Assembly (NCBI RefSeq): GCF_050920415.1
Contig: NZ_CP169309.1
Origin: Escherichia coli
Lineage (GTDB): Bacteria > Pseudomonadota > Gammaproteobacteria > Enterobacterales > Enterobacteriaceae
Reading direction: 5' to 3' (one strand)
Length of the DNA stretch: 64,000 bases
The position numbers and the translations under genes are program-made. Below the pieces are notes generated by a model. That model ran no database searches, was not told where the DNA came from, and saw only the letters and a program-made list of their open reading frames with translations. This document shows positions 44,368 through 55,464 of the stretch, one piece after another (within the stretch, counting starts at the first letter, position 1; each line of letters begins with the position of its first letter).

Positions 44368-44984
44368 TAGCGTTGCTCCTGAGTGAGGGAAAGGGGATCC
44401 TCCCCGCCATTGGCAAACCAGCTTGCGGCAAGGCGCTGTTTTTCTTTCATCTGACGTTGCAGGCTATCGTCGGTGATCAGCCGTAACGCATGATTCGGGC
44501 AAGCGCGAACGCAGGCCGGACCTTCTGGCAAGAAATCACACAGGTCGCATTTCACCGCGACGCTCTGGACACCCGGTTCCCAGCGCAGCAAAGCATGTTG
44601 GGTCGGCGCGTTTTCTTCGCCGTCTTTGAGTGAGCCGTCAGCCTGAAAAACATATTGCGCAGGGGCATTCACCGGACGGCTTCCTGAAGCGCTGATTGCG
44701 CCAAATGGGCAGACCACGGCGCAAAGCTTGCAGCCAATACAGAGGCTTTCGTTGAGTTGGATCGCATCATCTCTCTGGGAGATGGCATTGACCGGGCAGA
44801 CCTGCAGGCAAGGGGCTTCCTCACAGTGATGACACACGACAGGGGCAGTGAGTGTTGACGTCTTCGCCAGGGCCAGGCGCGGGTGTTGCTGTAAACCTTG
44901 CGTTTTATGCACGTCCGAACAGGCAGCGAGACAGGTATTACATCCTGTACACCACAGTGGTTCGGCCACCACAAAGCGGTTCAT
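44367..44984 (-). CDS. hyfA: Hydrogenase-4 ferredoxin-type subunit A (4x[4Fe-4S])
   Basis: 205 aa from ATG at 44984 (MNRFVVAEPLWCTGCNTCLAAC...) with GGAG RBS; four Cys clusters. ORF track is extended 13 codons. Confidence 0.9.
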   Translation of the reverse strand: MNRFVVAEPLWCTGCNTCLAACSDVHKTQGLQQHPRLALAKTSTLTAPVVCHHCEEAPCLQVCPVNAISQRDDAIQLNESLCIGCKLCAVVCPFGAISASGSRPVNAPAQYVFQADGSLKDGEENAPTQHALLRWEPGVQSVAVKCDLCDFLPEGPACVRACPNHALRLITDDSLQRQMKEKQRLAASWFANGGEDPLSLTQEQR

Positions 44985-45025
44985 GTCGGCTCCTTGAAAA
45001 TGATATGAAACATTGCATTTCATAT

Positions 45026-45041
45026 TGCATAAAGGATGCCA
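45026..45041 (-). promoter_or_regulatory. Sigma54 (-24/-12) promoter of the hyf operon: TGGCAT-N5-ATGCA on the minus strand
   Basis: Minus-strand TGGCATCCTTTATGCA has GG and GC 10 nt apart as in the TGGCAC-N5-TTGCA consensus; about 42 nt upstream of hyfA; consistent with HyfR being a sigma54 activator. Confidence 0.6.
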
Positions 45042-45236
45042 GTCTGATTAATTTAATATATTCAATAAGTTATGTATTAACTGGATTCTGAACGGTACAA
45101 AAATGATGGTCATTAACGTTCAGCAATAAATGGATTCGACACCCGTGTCGCAGGGGAAAGCGAGAATGTGATCTTGATCACGAGAAGTGAGGTGTGCTGG
45201 CCGCAAGCGCAGCCAGCACTGAATGGAGCAAAGTAA

Positions 45237-45707
45237 TCAGGCGTGTTCTTTCAGCCAGTTCAGCACAACGTCGTGGTGATTGCTGGTTTTGAAATCGTCA
45301 AAGACATGTTCGATTTTGCCATCAGCGTCAATCAGGAAGCTGATGCGATGAATACCATCGTAGGTTTTGCCCATGAAGGACTTTTCACCCCAGACGCCGA
45401 ATTGTTCGCACACCTGGTGGTCCTCATCAGACAGGAGCGTAAAGTTAAGCAGCTCTTTTTCCGCAAAACGGGAGAGTTTTTCGGGTTTATCGGTGCTGAT
45501 ACCCAGCACATCAACGCCCGCTTTTTTCAATTCATCCATGTTATCGCGTAAGCCGCAGGCCTGTACGGTACAGCCGGGAGTCATGGCTTTTGGGTAAAAA
45601 TAAACCAGAACACGCTGTCCCTGGAAGTCGGTCAAATTAACTTGTTCTCCGTCTTGATCCGGCAAGCTAAATTTCGGTGCGATATCACCGGCTTTCAGTG
45701 GATTCAT
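45237..45707 (-). CDS. bcp: Thiol peroxidase Bcp (peroxiredoxin)
   Basis: 156 aa; MNPLKAGDIAPKFSLPDQDGEQVNLTDF... with the peroxiredoxin TPGCT motif. Confidence 0.95.
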   Translation of the reverse strand: MNPLKAGDIAPKFSLPDQDGEQVNLTDFQGQRVLVYFYPKAMTPGCTVQACGLRDNMDELKKAGVDVLGISTDKPEKLSRFAEKELLNFTLLSDEDHQVCEQFGVWGEKSFMGKTYDGIHRISFLIDADGKIEHVFDDFKTSNHHDVVLNWLKEHA

Positions 45708-46279
45708 TACTTAACTCCATCCTGTTCATCATGTGGGGAATAATTGACGACGTTTATACTGCCTTGTGCATTGAGTTCTGTACATAGGGCTTTAAACGCT
45801 TGCTCAATATTTGCTGCATCCGCAGAGGCGGGACTGTGGGCGGTTATCTGAATATGCAACTGTGCAGCCCGTTCATTTTCAGCAGGTTGCGTGCGCGACA
45901 CCAGCTCCGCAATGTTCATATGGTGCGCGTCGAAAAGTGCCGTGAAGCGTTCAATTAAATGCGGGGAGTCTGCCACATCGACCTGAACCCAGACAGATGC
46001 TGGCATTGGCGGACGCGGACGCGCCGTCGTGCGCTTCATCACGATTAAAAGATCCAGTTCGGCACCTTTCAACGGTAACGTTGATTCAATCAGAGTAATG
46101 GCATTCCATGAACCGGAAAGCAGCATGATAAACGTGAACTCTTCTCCCAGCATCGCCAGGCGACTGTCTTCAATATTACAGCCGCAACTACTGACATGAC
46201 GGGTGATGGTGTTCACAATTCCAGGGCGATCGGCACCCAACGCAGTGATCACCAGATAATGTTGCGATGACAGTGTCAA
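45707..46279 (-). CDS. gcvR: Glycine cleavage system transcriptional repressor, probable TTG start
   Basis: 190 aa from TTG at 46279 (TLSSQHYLVITALGADRPGIV...), AAGGAA 9 nt upstream; ORF track runs 22 codons further upstream from another TTG. Confidence 0.88.
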   Translation of the reverse strand: MTLSSQHYLVITALGADRPGIVNTITRHVSSCGCNIEDSRLAMLGEEFTFIMLLSGSWNAITLIESTLPLKGAELDLLIVMKRTTARPRPPMPASVWVQVDVADSPHLIERFTALFDAHHMNIAELVSRTQPAENERAAQLHIQITAHSPASADAANIEQAFKALCTELNAQGSINVVNYSPHDEQDGVK

Positions 46280-46424
46280 ACTGGTTATTCCTTTAAGGGG
46301 TGAGTTGTTCTTAAGGAAAGCATAAAAAAAACATGCATACAACAATCAGAACGGTTCTGTCTGCTTGCTTTTAATGCCTTACCAAACGTACCATTGAGAC
46401 ACTTGTTTGCACAGAGGATGGCCC

Positions 46425-47303
46425 ATGTTCACGGGAAGTATTGTCGCGATTGTTACTCCGATGGATGAAAAAGGTAATGTCTGTCGGGCTAGCTTGAAAA
46501 AACTGATTGATTATCATGTCGCCAGCGGTACTTCGGCGATCGTTTCTGTTGGCACCACTGGCGAGTCCGCTACCTTAAATCATGACGAACATGCTGATGT
46601 GGTGATGATGACGCTGGAGCTGGCTGACGGGCGCATTCCGGTAATTGCAGGGACCGGCGCTAACGCTACTGCGGAAGCCATTAGCCTGACGCAGCGCTTC
46701 AATGACAGTGGTATCGTCGGCTGTCTGACGGTAACCCCTTACTATAATCGTCCGTCGCAAGAAGGTTTGTATCAGCATTTCAAAGCCATCGCTGAACATA
46801 CTGACCTGCCACAAATTCTGTATAATGTGCCGTCCCGTACTGGTTGCGATCTGCTCCCGGAAACGGTGGGCCGTCTGGCGAAAGTAAAAAATATTATCGG
46901 AATCAAAGAGGCTACAGGGAACTTAACGCGTGTAAACCAGATCAAAGAGCTGGTTTCAGATGATTTTGTTCTGCTGAGCGGCGATGATGCGAGCGCGCTG
47001 GACTTCATGCAATTAGGCGGTCATGGGGTTATTTCCGTTACGGCTAACGTCGCAGCGCGTGATATGGCCCAGATGTGCAAACTGGCGGCAGAAGGGCATT
47101 TTGCCGAGGCACGCGTTATTAATCAGCGTCTGATGCCATTACACAACAAACTATTTGTCGAACCCAATCCAATCCCGGTGAAATGGGCATGTAAGGAATT
47201 GGGTCTTGTGGCGACCGATACGCTGCGCCTGCCAATGACTCCAATCACCGACAGTGGTCGTGAGACGGTCAGAGCGGCGCTTAAGCATGCCGGTTTGCTG
47301 TAA
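46425..47303 (+). CDS. dapA: 4-hydroxy-tetrahydrodipicolinate synthase
   Basis: 292 aa from ATG at 46425 ([19 protein letters not shown]...). Confidence 0.95.
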   Translation: MFTGSIVAIVTPMDEKGNVCRASLKKLIDYHVASGTSAIVSVGTTGESATLNHDEHADVVMMTLELADGRIPVIAGTGANATAEAISLTQRFNDSGIVGCLTVTPYYNRPSQEGLYQHFKAIAEHTDLPQILYNVPSRTGCDLLPETVGRLAKVKNIIGIKEATGNLTRVNQIKELVSDDFVLLSGDDASALDFMQLGGHGVISVTANVAARDMAQMCKLAAEGHFAEARVINQRLMPLHNKLFVEPNPIPVKWACKELGLVATDTLRLPMTPITDSGRETVRAALKHAGLL

Positions 47304-47319
47304 AGTTTAGGGAGATTTG

Positions 47320-48354
47320 ATGGCTTACTCTGTTCAAAAGTCGCGCCTGGCAAAGGTTGCGGGTGTTTCGCTTGTTTTATTACTCGCAGCCTGTAGTTCT
47401 GACTCACGCTATAAGCGTCAGGTCAGTGGTGATGAAGCCTACCTGGAAGCGGCACCGCTTGCGGAGCTTCATGCCCCGGCTGGAATGATTTTGCCGGTGA
47501 CCTCCGGTGATTATGCAATCCCGGTGACCAACGGTAGTGGTGCTGTCGGTAAGGCGCTGGACATTCGTCCACCAGCCCAGCCGCTGGCACTGGTTTCTGG
47601 CGCGCGTACCCAGTTCACGGGCGATACCGCTTCATTGCTGGTGGAAAATGGTCGTGGCAATACTCTGTGGCCGCAGGTGGTTAGCGTGCTGCAGGCGAAA
47701 AACTACACCATCACCCAACGTGATGATGCGGGTCAGACGCTGACCACCGATTGGGTACAATGGAACCGTCTGGACGAAGACGAGCAGTATCGTGGTCGTT
47801 ATCAAATCTCTGTTAAGCCGCAGGGTTATCAGCAGGCGGTTACGGTTAAACTGCTGAACCTGGAACAGGCGGGCAAACCGGTTGCAGACGCGGCTTCCAT
47901 GCAGCGTTACAGCACGGAGATGATGAACGTTATTTCCGCCGGTCTGGATAAATCTGCCACTGACGCCGCGAACGCTGCGCAAAATCGTGCCTCCACCACT
48001 ATGGACGTACAAAGTGCAGCTGATGACACCGGTTTACCGATGCTGGTCGTACGCGGGCCGTTCAATGTGGTTTGGCAACGTCTGCCAGCGGCGCTGGAAA
48101 AAGTGGGCATGAAAGTGACCGACAGCACCCGTTCGCAGGGCAACATGGCCGTAACTTACAAGCCGCTGTCTGACAGCGACTGGCAGGAACTGGGCGCGAG
48201 CGATCCAGGCCTGGCATCCGGTGACTATAAACTGCAGGTTGGCGATTTAGATAACCGCAGCAGCCTACAGTTCATCGATCCGAAAGGTCATACTCTGACT
48301 CAGAGTCAGAACGACGCGCTGGTAGCTGTCTTCCAGGCTGCGTTTAGCAAGTAA
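47320..48354 (+). CDS. bamC: Outer-membrane protein assembly factor BamC (lipoprotein)
   Basis: 344 aa from ATG at 47320; lipobox LLAACSS. Confidence 0.95.
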
Positions 48355-48362
48355 AAATACAG

Positions 48363-48387
48363 GGCTGGAGTCATCCGGCCCTTTTTT
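48363..48387 (+). terminator. Putative intrinsic terminator after bamC
   Basis: GGCTGGA-GTCA-TCCGGCC stem (one G-U pair) followed by CTTTTTT, 9 nt after the bamC stop. Confidence 0.5.
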
Positions 48388-48397
48388 CTGATATGAT

Positions 48398-48413
48398 ACG
48401 CAAACGTGTGCGT
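48398..48413. promoter_or_regulatory. PurR operator (PUR box) ACGCAAACGTGTGCGT upstream of purC
   Basis: 15/16 match to the palindromic PUR box consensus ACGCAAACGTTTGCGT; lies about 150 nt upstream of purC. Confidence 0.65.
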
Positions 48414-48457
48414 CGGCAGAAAAATGCGATTTTGGCGGTAATTCGCACGAAATTTGT

Positions 48458-48512
48458 TTGTCGGACGTAGGGCGGATAAGGCGTTCTTGCCGCATCCGAC
48501 AAAACATCCGGC
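48458..48512. repeat. REP-like palindromic repeat
   Basis: GTCGGACGTAGGGCGGATAAGGCGTTCTTGCCGCATCCGAC... imperfect palindrome of REP type between the PUR box and purC. Confidence 0.45.
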
Positions 48513-48566
48513 ACACCAGACAGCAAAAGATTTTAAAACGTTAATTCACACCCAGGAGTGATAAAG

Positions 48567-49280
48567 ATGCAAAAGCAAGCTGAGTTGTATCGTGGTAAAG
48601 CGAAAACCGTATACAGCACGGAAAACCCGGACCTGTTGGTGCTCGAATTCCGCAATGATACGTCAGCAGGGGATGGCGCGCGCATTGAGCAGTTTGATCG
48701 CAAAGGTATGGTGAACAACAAGTTCAACTACTTCATTATGAGCAAACTGGCTGAAGCGGGTATCCCGACTCAAATGGAGCGTCTGCTCTCCGATACCGAA
48801 TGTCTGGTGAAAAAGCTGGATATGGTGCCGGTTGAGTGTGTCGTGCGTAACCGTGCTGCTGGCTCTCTGGTGAAACGTCTTGGAATCGAAGAAGGTATTG
48901 AGCTGAACCCGCCGCTGTTCGATCTGTTCCTGAAAAACGACGCCATGCACGATCCGATGGTCAACGAATCTTACTGCGAAACCTTTGGCTGGGTGAGCAA
49001 AGAGAATCTGGCGCGTATGAAAGAGCTAACCTACAAAGCGAACGACGTGCTGAAAAAACTGTTCGATGATGCTGGTCTCATTCTGGTCGACTTCAAGCTG
49101 GAGTTTGGTCTGTACAAAGGCGAAGTGGTTCTGGGCGATGAGTTCTCCCCGGACGGCAGCCGCCTGTGGGACAAAGAAACGCTGGAGAAAATGGATAAAG
49201 ACCGTTTCCGCCAGAGCCTCGGTGGCCTGATCGAAGCCTATGAAGCCGTTGCCCGCCGCCTGGGTGTACAGCTGGACTGA
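48567..49280 (+). CDS. purC: SAICAR synthetase
   Basis: 237 aa from ATG at 48567 ([31 protein letters not shown]...). Confidence 0.95.
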
Positions 49281-49447
49281 TTTTTCTATTCATCATCTTG
49301 CCGTGCTGCTGGCACGGCAAGACAACCGCGCTCATAAGATGTGCATTGAACGCTCATTCCTCCGCCATTTCATTCCGCTTTCCTGTGGTAATCTTCCTCT
49401 GAACCACCTACGATCATTTCTATAATGAATATATTGTTGAGGTATCT

Positions 49448-50311
49448 ATGCGTTGGCAAGGGCGACGTGAAAGTGACAATGTTGAAGACAGGCGCAATAG
49501 CTCCGGTGGTCCGTCAATGGGCGGTCCCGGTTTCCGTCTGCCAAGCGGTAAAGGCGGGCTGATTTTACTGATAGTCGTGCTGGTTGCAGGCTACTATGGC
49601 GTTGATTTAACTGGGTTGATGACCGGACAGCCGGTTTCCCAACAGCAATCAACGCGGTCAATTAGCCCAAATGAAGACGAAGCCGCAAAATTCACCTCGG
49701 TGATTCTGGCAACCACCGAAGACACCTGGGGACAGCAGTTCGAGAAGATGGGTAAGACCTATCAGCAACCGAAGCTGGTCATGTACCGTGGAATGACGCG
49801 CACCGGCTGCGGGGCGGGCCAGTCCATTATGGGGCCGTTCTATTGCCCGGCGGATGGCACGGTTTATATCGATCTCTCCTTCTATGATGACATGAAAGAC
49901 AAACTTGGCGCGGATGGCGATTTTGCCCAGGGGTACGTTATCGCCCATGAAGTCGGTCATCATGTGCAGAAACTGTTAGGCATCGAGCCGAAAGTCCGTC
50001 AACTGCAACAAAACGCGACGCAGGCGGAAGTGAACCGCTTATCTGTACGTATGGAACTCCAGGCCGACTGTTTTGCCGGTGTCTGGGGGCATAGCATGCA
50101 GCAGCAAGGCGTTCTGGAAACCGGCGATCTGGAAGAAGCGCTGAACGCGGCGCAGGCCATCGGCGATGACCGTTTACAGCAGCAAAGTCAGGGGCGAGTC
50201 GTACCAGACAGTTTCACTCATGGCACTTCTCAGCAACGCTACAGCTGGTTTAAACGTGGTTTCGACAGCGGCGATCCGGCACAATGCAATACTTTTGGTA
50301 AAAGCATTTAA
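49448..50311 (+). CDS. ypfJ: Predicted zinc metallopeptidase-like membrane-anchored protein YpfJ
   Basis: 287 aa; N-terminal hydrophobic anchor; HExxH motif ([10 protein letters not shown]). Confidence 0.88.
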
Positions 50312-50325
50312 CTTTCGGGGCAGGG

Positions 50326-52341
50326 ATGGCTGAACTGACTGCGCTTCACCCATTAACAGCGCAAATGAAACGTGAAGGGATCCGCCGCTTGCTGGTGTTG
50401 AGCGGGGAAGAACGTTGGTGCTTTAACCTTGCGCTTAAGTTGAGTGATGCCTTACCTGGCGACTGGTTGTGGGTTTCGCCGCAGCCAGTCGCTGAAAACC
50501 ACTGTACTCCCTCGGCGCTACAAACTTTACTTGGACGCGAATTCCGGCATGCGATATTCGACGCCCGCCAGGGCTTTGATGCCGCTGCCTTTGCTGCACT
50601 TAGCGGAACGTTGAAAGCCGGAAGCTGGCTGGTGTTGTTACTCCCTGTATGGGAAGAGTGGGAAAACCAACCTGATGCCGACTCGCTGCGCTGGAGTGAT
50701 TGCCCTGACCCTATTGCGACGCCGCATTTTGTCCGGCACCTCAAACGCGTACTTACGGCGGATCACGATGCTATCCTCTGGCGGCAAAACCAGCAGTTCA
50801 CGTTGACGCATTTTATTCCCCGTACTGACTGGCAACCCGCGACCGGCGCACCACAACCAGAACAACAGCAACTCTTACAGCAGCTACTCACCATGCCGCC
50901 GGGTGTGTCAGCGGTAACTGCTGCGCGTGGGCGCGGTAAGTCGGCGCTGGCAGGGCAACTCATTTCTCGTATTGCGGGCAGTGCGATTGTCACCGCGCCT
51001 GCAAAAGCGGCAACGGATGTACTGGCACAATTTGCGGGCGAAAAGTTTCGCTTTATTGCGCCGGATGCCTTGTTAGCCAGCGATGAGCAAGCCGACTGGC
51101 TGGTGGTCGATGAAGCCGCAGCCATACCTGCGCCGTTGTTGCATCAACTGGTATCGCGTTTTCCTCGAACGTTGTTAACCACTACGGTACAGGGCTACGA
51201 AGGTACCGGACGTGGTTTTTTGCTGAAATTTTGTGCGCGTTTCCCGCATTTACACCGTTTCGAATTGCAACAGCCGATCCGCTGGGCGCAGGGATGCCCG
51301 CTGGAAAAAATGGTCAGCGAGGCACTGGTTTTTGACGATGAAAACTTCACCCATACACCACAAGGCAATATCGTCATTTCCGCTTTTGAACAGACCTTAT
51401 GGCGAAGCGATCCGGATACACCGTTAAAGGTATATCAGCTATTGTCTGGCGCGCACTACCGGACCTCGCCGCTGGATTTACGCCGCATGATGGATGCACC
51501 TGGGCAACATTTTTTCCAGGCGGCTTGTGAAAACGAGATCGCCGGGGCGCTGTGGCTGGTGGATGAGGGCGGATTATCTCAAGAACTCAGCCAGGCGGTA
51601 TGGGCAGGTTTTCGTCGCCCGCGCGGTAATCTGGTAGCCCAGTCGCTGGCGGCGCACGGCAGCAATCCACAGGCAGCGACATTGCGCGGACGGCGGGTCA
51701 GCAGGATAGCAGTTCATCCAGCTCGTCAGCGTGAAGGCATTGGGCAACAGCTTATTGCCCGTGCTTTAAATTATACGCATGACCTCGACTATCTTTCGGT
51801 GAGTTTTGGCTACACCGCGGAGTTATGGCGTTTCTGGCAACGCTGCGGTTTTGTGCTGGTGCGAATGGGTAATCATCGTGAAGCCAGCAGCGGTTGCTAT
51901 ACGGCGATGGCACTGTTACCGATGAGTGATGCGGGTAAACAGCTGGCTGAACGTGAGCATTACCGTTTACGTCGCGATGTGCATGCTCTCACGCAGTGGA
52001 ATGGCGAAACGCTCCCCGTCGATCCACGAAATGATGCCGTCCTTTCTAAGGACGACTGGCTTGAACTGGCCGGTTTTGCTTTTGCTCATCGTCCGCTATT
52101 AACGTCGTTAGGTTGCTTAACGCGTCTGCTACAAACCAGTGAACTGGCATTACCGGCGCTGCGTGGTCGTTTACAGAAAAACGCCATTGACGCGCAGTTA
52201 TGTACCACACTTAAACTTTCAGGCCGCAAGATGTTACTGGCCCGTCAGCGAGAGGAGGCCGCGCAGGCGCTGTTCGCACTTGATAATGTTCGCACTGAGC
52301 GTCTGCGCGATCGCATAACGCAATGGCAATTTTTTCACTGA
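50326..52341 (+). CDS. tmcA: tRNA(Met) cytidine acetyltransferase TmcA
   Basis: 671 aa; helicase-like P-loop (GRGKSAL) followed by a GNAT acetyltransferase domain. Confidence 0.9.
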   Translation: MAELTALHPLTAQMKREGIRRLLVLSGEERWCFNLALKLSDALPGDWLWVSPQPVAENHCTPSALQTLLGREFRHAIFDARQGFDAAAFAALSGTLKAGSWLVLLLPVWEEWENQPDADSLRWSDCPDPIATPHFVRHLKRVLTADHDAILWRQNQQFTLTHFIPRTDWQPATGAPQPEQQQLLQQLLTMPPGVSAVTAARGRGKSALAGQLISRIAGSAIVTAPAKAATDVLAQFAGEKFRFIAPDALLASDEQADWLVVDEAAAIPAPLLHQLVSRFPRTLLTTTVQGYEGTGRGFLLKFCARFPHLHRFELQQPIRWAQGCPLEKMVSEALVFDDENFTHTPQGNIVISAFEQTLWRSDPDTPLKVYQLLSGAHYRTSPLDLRRMMDAPGQHFFQAACENEIAGALWLVDEGGLSQELSQAVWAGFRRPRGNLVAQSLAAHGSNPQAATLRGRRVSRIAVHPARQREGIGQQLIARALNYTHDLDYLSVSFGYTAELWRFWQRCGFVLVRMGNHREASSGCYTAMALLPMSDAGKQLAEREHYRLRRDVHALTQWNGETLPVDPRNDAVLSKDDWLELAGFAFAHRPLLTSLGCLTRLLQTSELALPALRGRLQKNAIDAQLCTTLKLSGRKMLLARQREEAAQALFALDNVRTERLRDRITQWQFFH

Positions 52342-52414
52342 CTCCTTCAATTTTCTCCCATGGTCATTGTGAGTCAGCGGCGTAAAATTAATGACATCAG
52401 TTAAGGAGTTCGCC

Positions 52415-53116
52415 ATGAAACATGACCATTTTGTTGTTCAAAGCCCGGATAAACCTGCACAACAGTTGTTACTGCTTTTCCACGGTGTCGGGGATAACCC
52501 GGTAGCGATGGGTGAGATCGGCAGCTGGTTTGCGCCGCTGTTTCCTGATGCACTGGTGGTGAGCGTCGGTGGCGCGGAGCCGAGCGGTAATCCGGCGGGG
52601 CGTCAGTGGTTTTCGGTACAGGGTATTACGGAAGATAATCGCCAGGCGCGTGTGGATGCCATCATGCCGACGTTTATTGAGACGGTGCGCTACTGGCAGA
52701 AACAGAGCGGAGTAGGGGCTAACGCCACGGCGCTAATCGGTTTCTCACAAGGCGCGATTATGGCACTGGAGAGCATTAAAGCCGAACCGGGTCTTGCTTC
52801 GCGCGTCATTGCCTTTAACGGACGTTACGCCAGCTTGCCGGAAACCGCGTCTACAGCCACGACAATTCACCTGATTCATGGCGGTGAAGATCCGGTTATC
52901 GATCTGGCGCATGCGGTTGCGGCGCAGGAAGCGTTAATCAGTGCCGGTGGTGACGTGACGCTGGATATTGTGGAGGATTTAGGCCATGCAATCGACAATC
53001 GCAGTATGCAATTTGCCCTGGATCACTTGCGTTATACCATACCGAAACATTATTTCGACGAAGCGCTAAGTGGTGGCAAACCTGGCGATGATGATGTAAT
53101 TGAAATGATGCAATAA
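52415..53116 (+). CDS. ypfH: Alpha/beta-hydrolase esterase YpfH
   Basis: 232 aa from ATG at 52415 (MKHDHFVVQSPDKPAQQLLLLFHGVGDN...); GFSQGA nucleophile-elbow motif. Confidence 0.9.
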   Translation: MKHDHFVVQSPDKPAQQLLLLFHGVGDNPVAMGEIGSWFAPLFPDALVVSVGGAEPSGNPAGRQWFSVQGITEDNRQARVDAIMPTFIETVRYWQKQSGVGANATALIGFSQGAIMALESIKAEPGLASRVIAFNGRYASLPETASTATTIHLIHGGEDPVIDLAHAVAAQEALISAGGDVTLDIVEDLGHAIDNRSMQFALDHLRYTIPKHYFDEALSGGKPGDDDVIEMMQ

Positions 53117-53118
53117 TA

Positions 53119-53203
53119 GCCTGGTAGGCCTGATAAGACGCGTGAGCGTCGCATCAGGCATCGTTCACCATTGCCGGATGCGGCATTAACGCCTTATCCG
53201 GCC
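53119..53203. repeat. REP/BIME cluster (two inverted REP units)
   Basis: GCCTGATAAGACGCGTGAGCGTCGCATCAGGC and TGCCGGATGCGGCATTAACGCCTTATCCGGCC between convergent ypfH and ypfN. Confidence 0.55.
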
Positions 53204-53210
53204 ACTTAGC

Positions 53211-53411
53211 TTACTTCTTCGGTTGATCCTTTTTCGGCCAATCGTCGTCATCGTCCCACTTATCGTTGAAATCACGATGCGGGGGAAGCTCCGGCTTGTT
53301 GGCGAGAAATTTCTTATGGTCGACGCGCTTGAGATCTTTAATCACGTTCAGCAGGACGCCAACCAAAAAGACAATCACCAGAATCCACCAATATTTAGCC
53401 AGCCAGTCCAT
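53211..53411 (-). CDS. ypfN: Small membrane protein YpfN (UPF0370)
   Basis: 66 aa from ATG at 53411 ([31 protein letters not shown]...); ORF track is extended 8 codons. Confidence 0.85.
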
Positions 53412-53438
53412 GCTTATTTCCTCTTGCAGAACCACTCA

Positions 53439-54566
53439 TCAGGCGACGAGCTGTTCCATGATACGTTGATACATACGGGCAAGTAGCTGCAGGTCGGCAG
53501 CGTTCACACATTCATTAATTTTATGAATAGTGGCATTGACCGGCCCGAGTTCCACCACCTGCGCCCCCATGCGGGCAATAAAGCGCCCGTCAGACGTTCC
53601 GCCTGTGGTCAGTAGCTGCGGTTTAATTTCATTATAGTGCTCAACCGCGTTAACGACCGCATCCACCAGTTTGCCGCGCGCGGTCAAAAATGGCTGCCCG
53701 GAAAGCCACCAATCCACCGTATAACGCAGTTGATGTTTTTCAAGCAGGGCAAGCACCTGCGCTTTGATCATCTCATCCGTCAGTTCGGTGCTAAAGCGGA
53801 AGTTAAACTGCACAAACAGTTCACCCGGAATAACGTTGTTACTGCCCGTTCCCGCCTGAATATTGGCAATCTGCATACTGGTCGCCGGGAAAAATTCATT
53901 ACCCTGATCCCACTCGATAGCCACTAGCTCATTTAGGAAAGGTGCTGCGCGATGTACCGGGTTGTCAGCCAGATGCGGGTAGGCTACATGCCCCTGCACG
54001 CCATGAATGGTGAGGTTGCAGGTTAACGATCCGCGACGACCATTTTTCACCACGTCACCAACCACTTCGATGCTCGATGGTTCGCCGACCAGGCAGTAAT
54101 CGAGACGCTCATTACGCGCCATTAACGCTTCGACGACTTTTACCGTACCGTTGTGGGCACTGGCTTCTTCATCAGAAGTGATCAGGAATGCCAGTCGACC
54201 TGTATGGTTGGGATGTTGCGCGACAAAACGTTCTGCTGCTACCACCATCGCCGCCAGTGAGCCTTTCATATCTGCCGCGCCGCGCCCGAACAACATGCCG
54301 TCACGAATGGTTGGTTCAAACGGCGGATTAATCCAACGGTCTGCGTCGCCAGGCGGTACCACGTCGGTATGTCCGGCAAAGGCTAACGTTTCGCCCTGCC
54401 CACGCCACGCCCAAAAGTTTTGCGTATCGGCAAAGTCCATGCGTTCAACGGTAAAACCGATCGCCTGCAGACGTTCGATCATGATTGCCTGACATCCCGC
54501 ATCATCAGGGCTTAAGGATGGGCGGCGAATAAGCTGCTGGGTCAGCTCAATAACCGGGCACGACAT
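53439..54566 (-). CDS. dapE: Succinyl-diaminopimelate desuccinylase
   Basis: 375 aa M20 peptidase-family protein ([26 protein letters not shown]...). Confidence 0.95.
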   Translation of the reverse strand: MSCPVIELTQQLIRRPSLSPDDAGCQAIMIERLQAIGFTVERMDFADTQNFWAWRGQGETLAFAGHTDVVPPGDADRWINPPFEPTIRDGMLFGRGAADMKGSLAAMVVAAERFVAQHPNHTGRLAFLITSDEEASAHNGTVKVVEALMARNERLDYCLVGEPSSIEVVGDVVKNGRRGSLTCNLTIHGVQGHVAYPHLADNPVHRAAPFLNELVAIEWDQGNEFFPATSMQIANIQAGTGSNNVIPGELFVQFNFRFSTELTDEMIKAQVLALLEKHQLRYTVDWWLSGQPFLTARGKLVDAVVNAVEHYNEIKPQLLTTGGTSDGRFIARMGAQVVELGPVNATIHKINECVNAADLQLLARMYQRIMEQLVA

Positions 54567-54569
54567 AGA

Positions 54570-54944
<375 letters not shown>

Positions 54945-55306
54945 TTATGAGAATAAATACTCATTTAAGGGTGAAAACATTTTGCCTGCAAATCATTATC
55001 AAGAAATATAACATTATCGAAGTATTCAAATTAACAACTATTAAATAATATTAAACATTTTTAACGTAAGCATTAAGAATATTCATCTTGTTATCTGCCT
55101 GTATTTTAAACAGAATTAAACCAGTACTAGATTCCGTATGAATATCTCGAAATGTTGCTGTGTATCACATACAAATCATTGCTGCAGGACCATAGTATTT
55201 ACATAAAGTTTGTCCCCCGGAGGTAGTCATCGCAGCAATCGAGTAAATTAGCTTCACCACGGTATATTGTTTCCGTAGAATACCCATAATTATAAGAGAG
55301 GTTGTT

Positions 55307-55366
55307 ATGATTGAACGTGAACTGGGGAACTGGAAAGACTTTATCGAAGTTATGCTTCGTAAGTAA
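55307..55366 (+). CDS. ypfM: Small protein YpfM (19 aa)
   Basis: ATG ATT GAA CGT GAA CTG GGG AAC TGG AAA GAC TTT ATC GAA GTT ATG CTT CGT AAG TAA = MIERELGNWKDFIEVMLRK, preceded by AGAGAGG RBS; absent from the ORF track because of its length. Confidence 0.7.
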   Translation: MIERELGNWKDFIEVMLRK

Positions 55367-55426
55367 TTCCTGAGACAAAGTACAAACAGAAAGTACCTGC
55401 TGAACAGGTTCTTTATCGGAAAGTTG

Positions 55427-55458
55427 AAAAAGGCGACACATTGGTATGTCGCCTTTTT
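55427..55458. terminator. Bidirectional intrinsic terminator between ypfM and acrD
   Basis: AAAAA-GGCGACA-(loop)-TGTCGCC-TTTTT; A-run and T-run flank a 7-bp stem, so it can terminate both strands. Confidence 0.6.
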
Positions 55459-55464
55459 AATTGC

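Noticed and set aside
55199-55441. 80-aa minus-strand ORF in the yffB-acrD spacer
   Set aside because: Overlaps the recognisable ypfM ORF on the opposite strand, no convincing RBS, AT-rich intergenic context.
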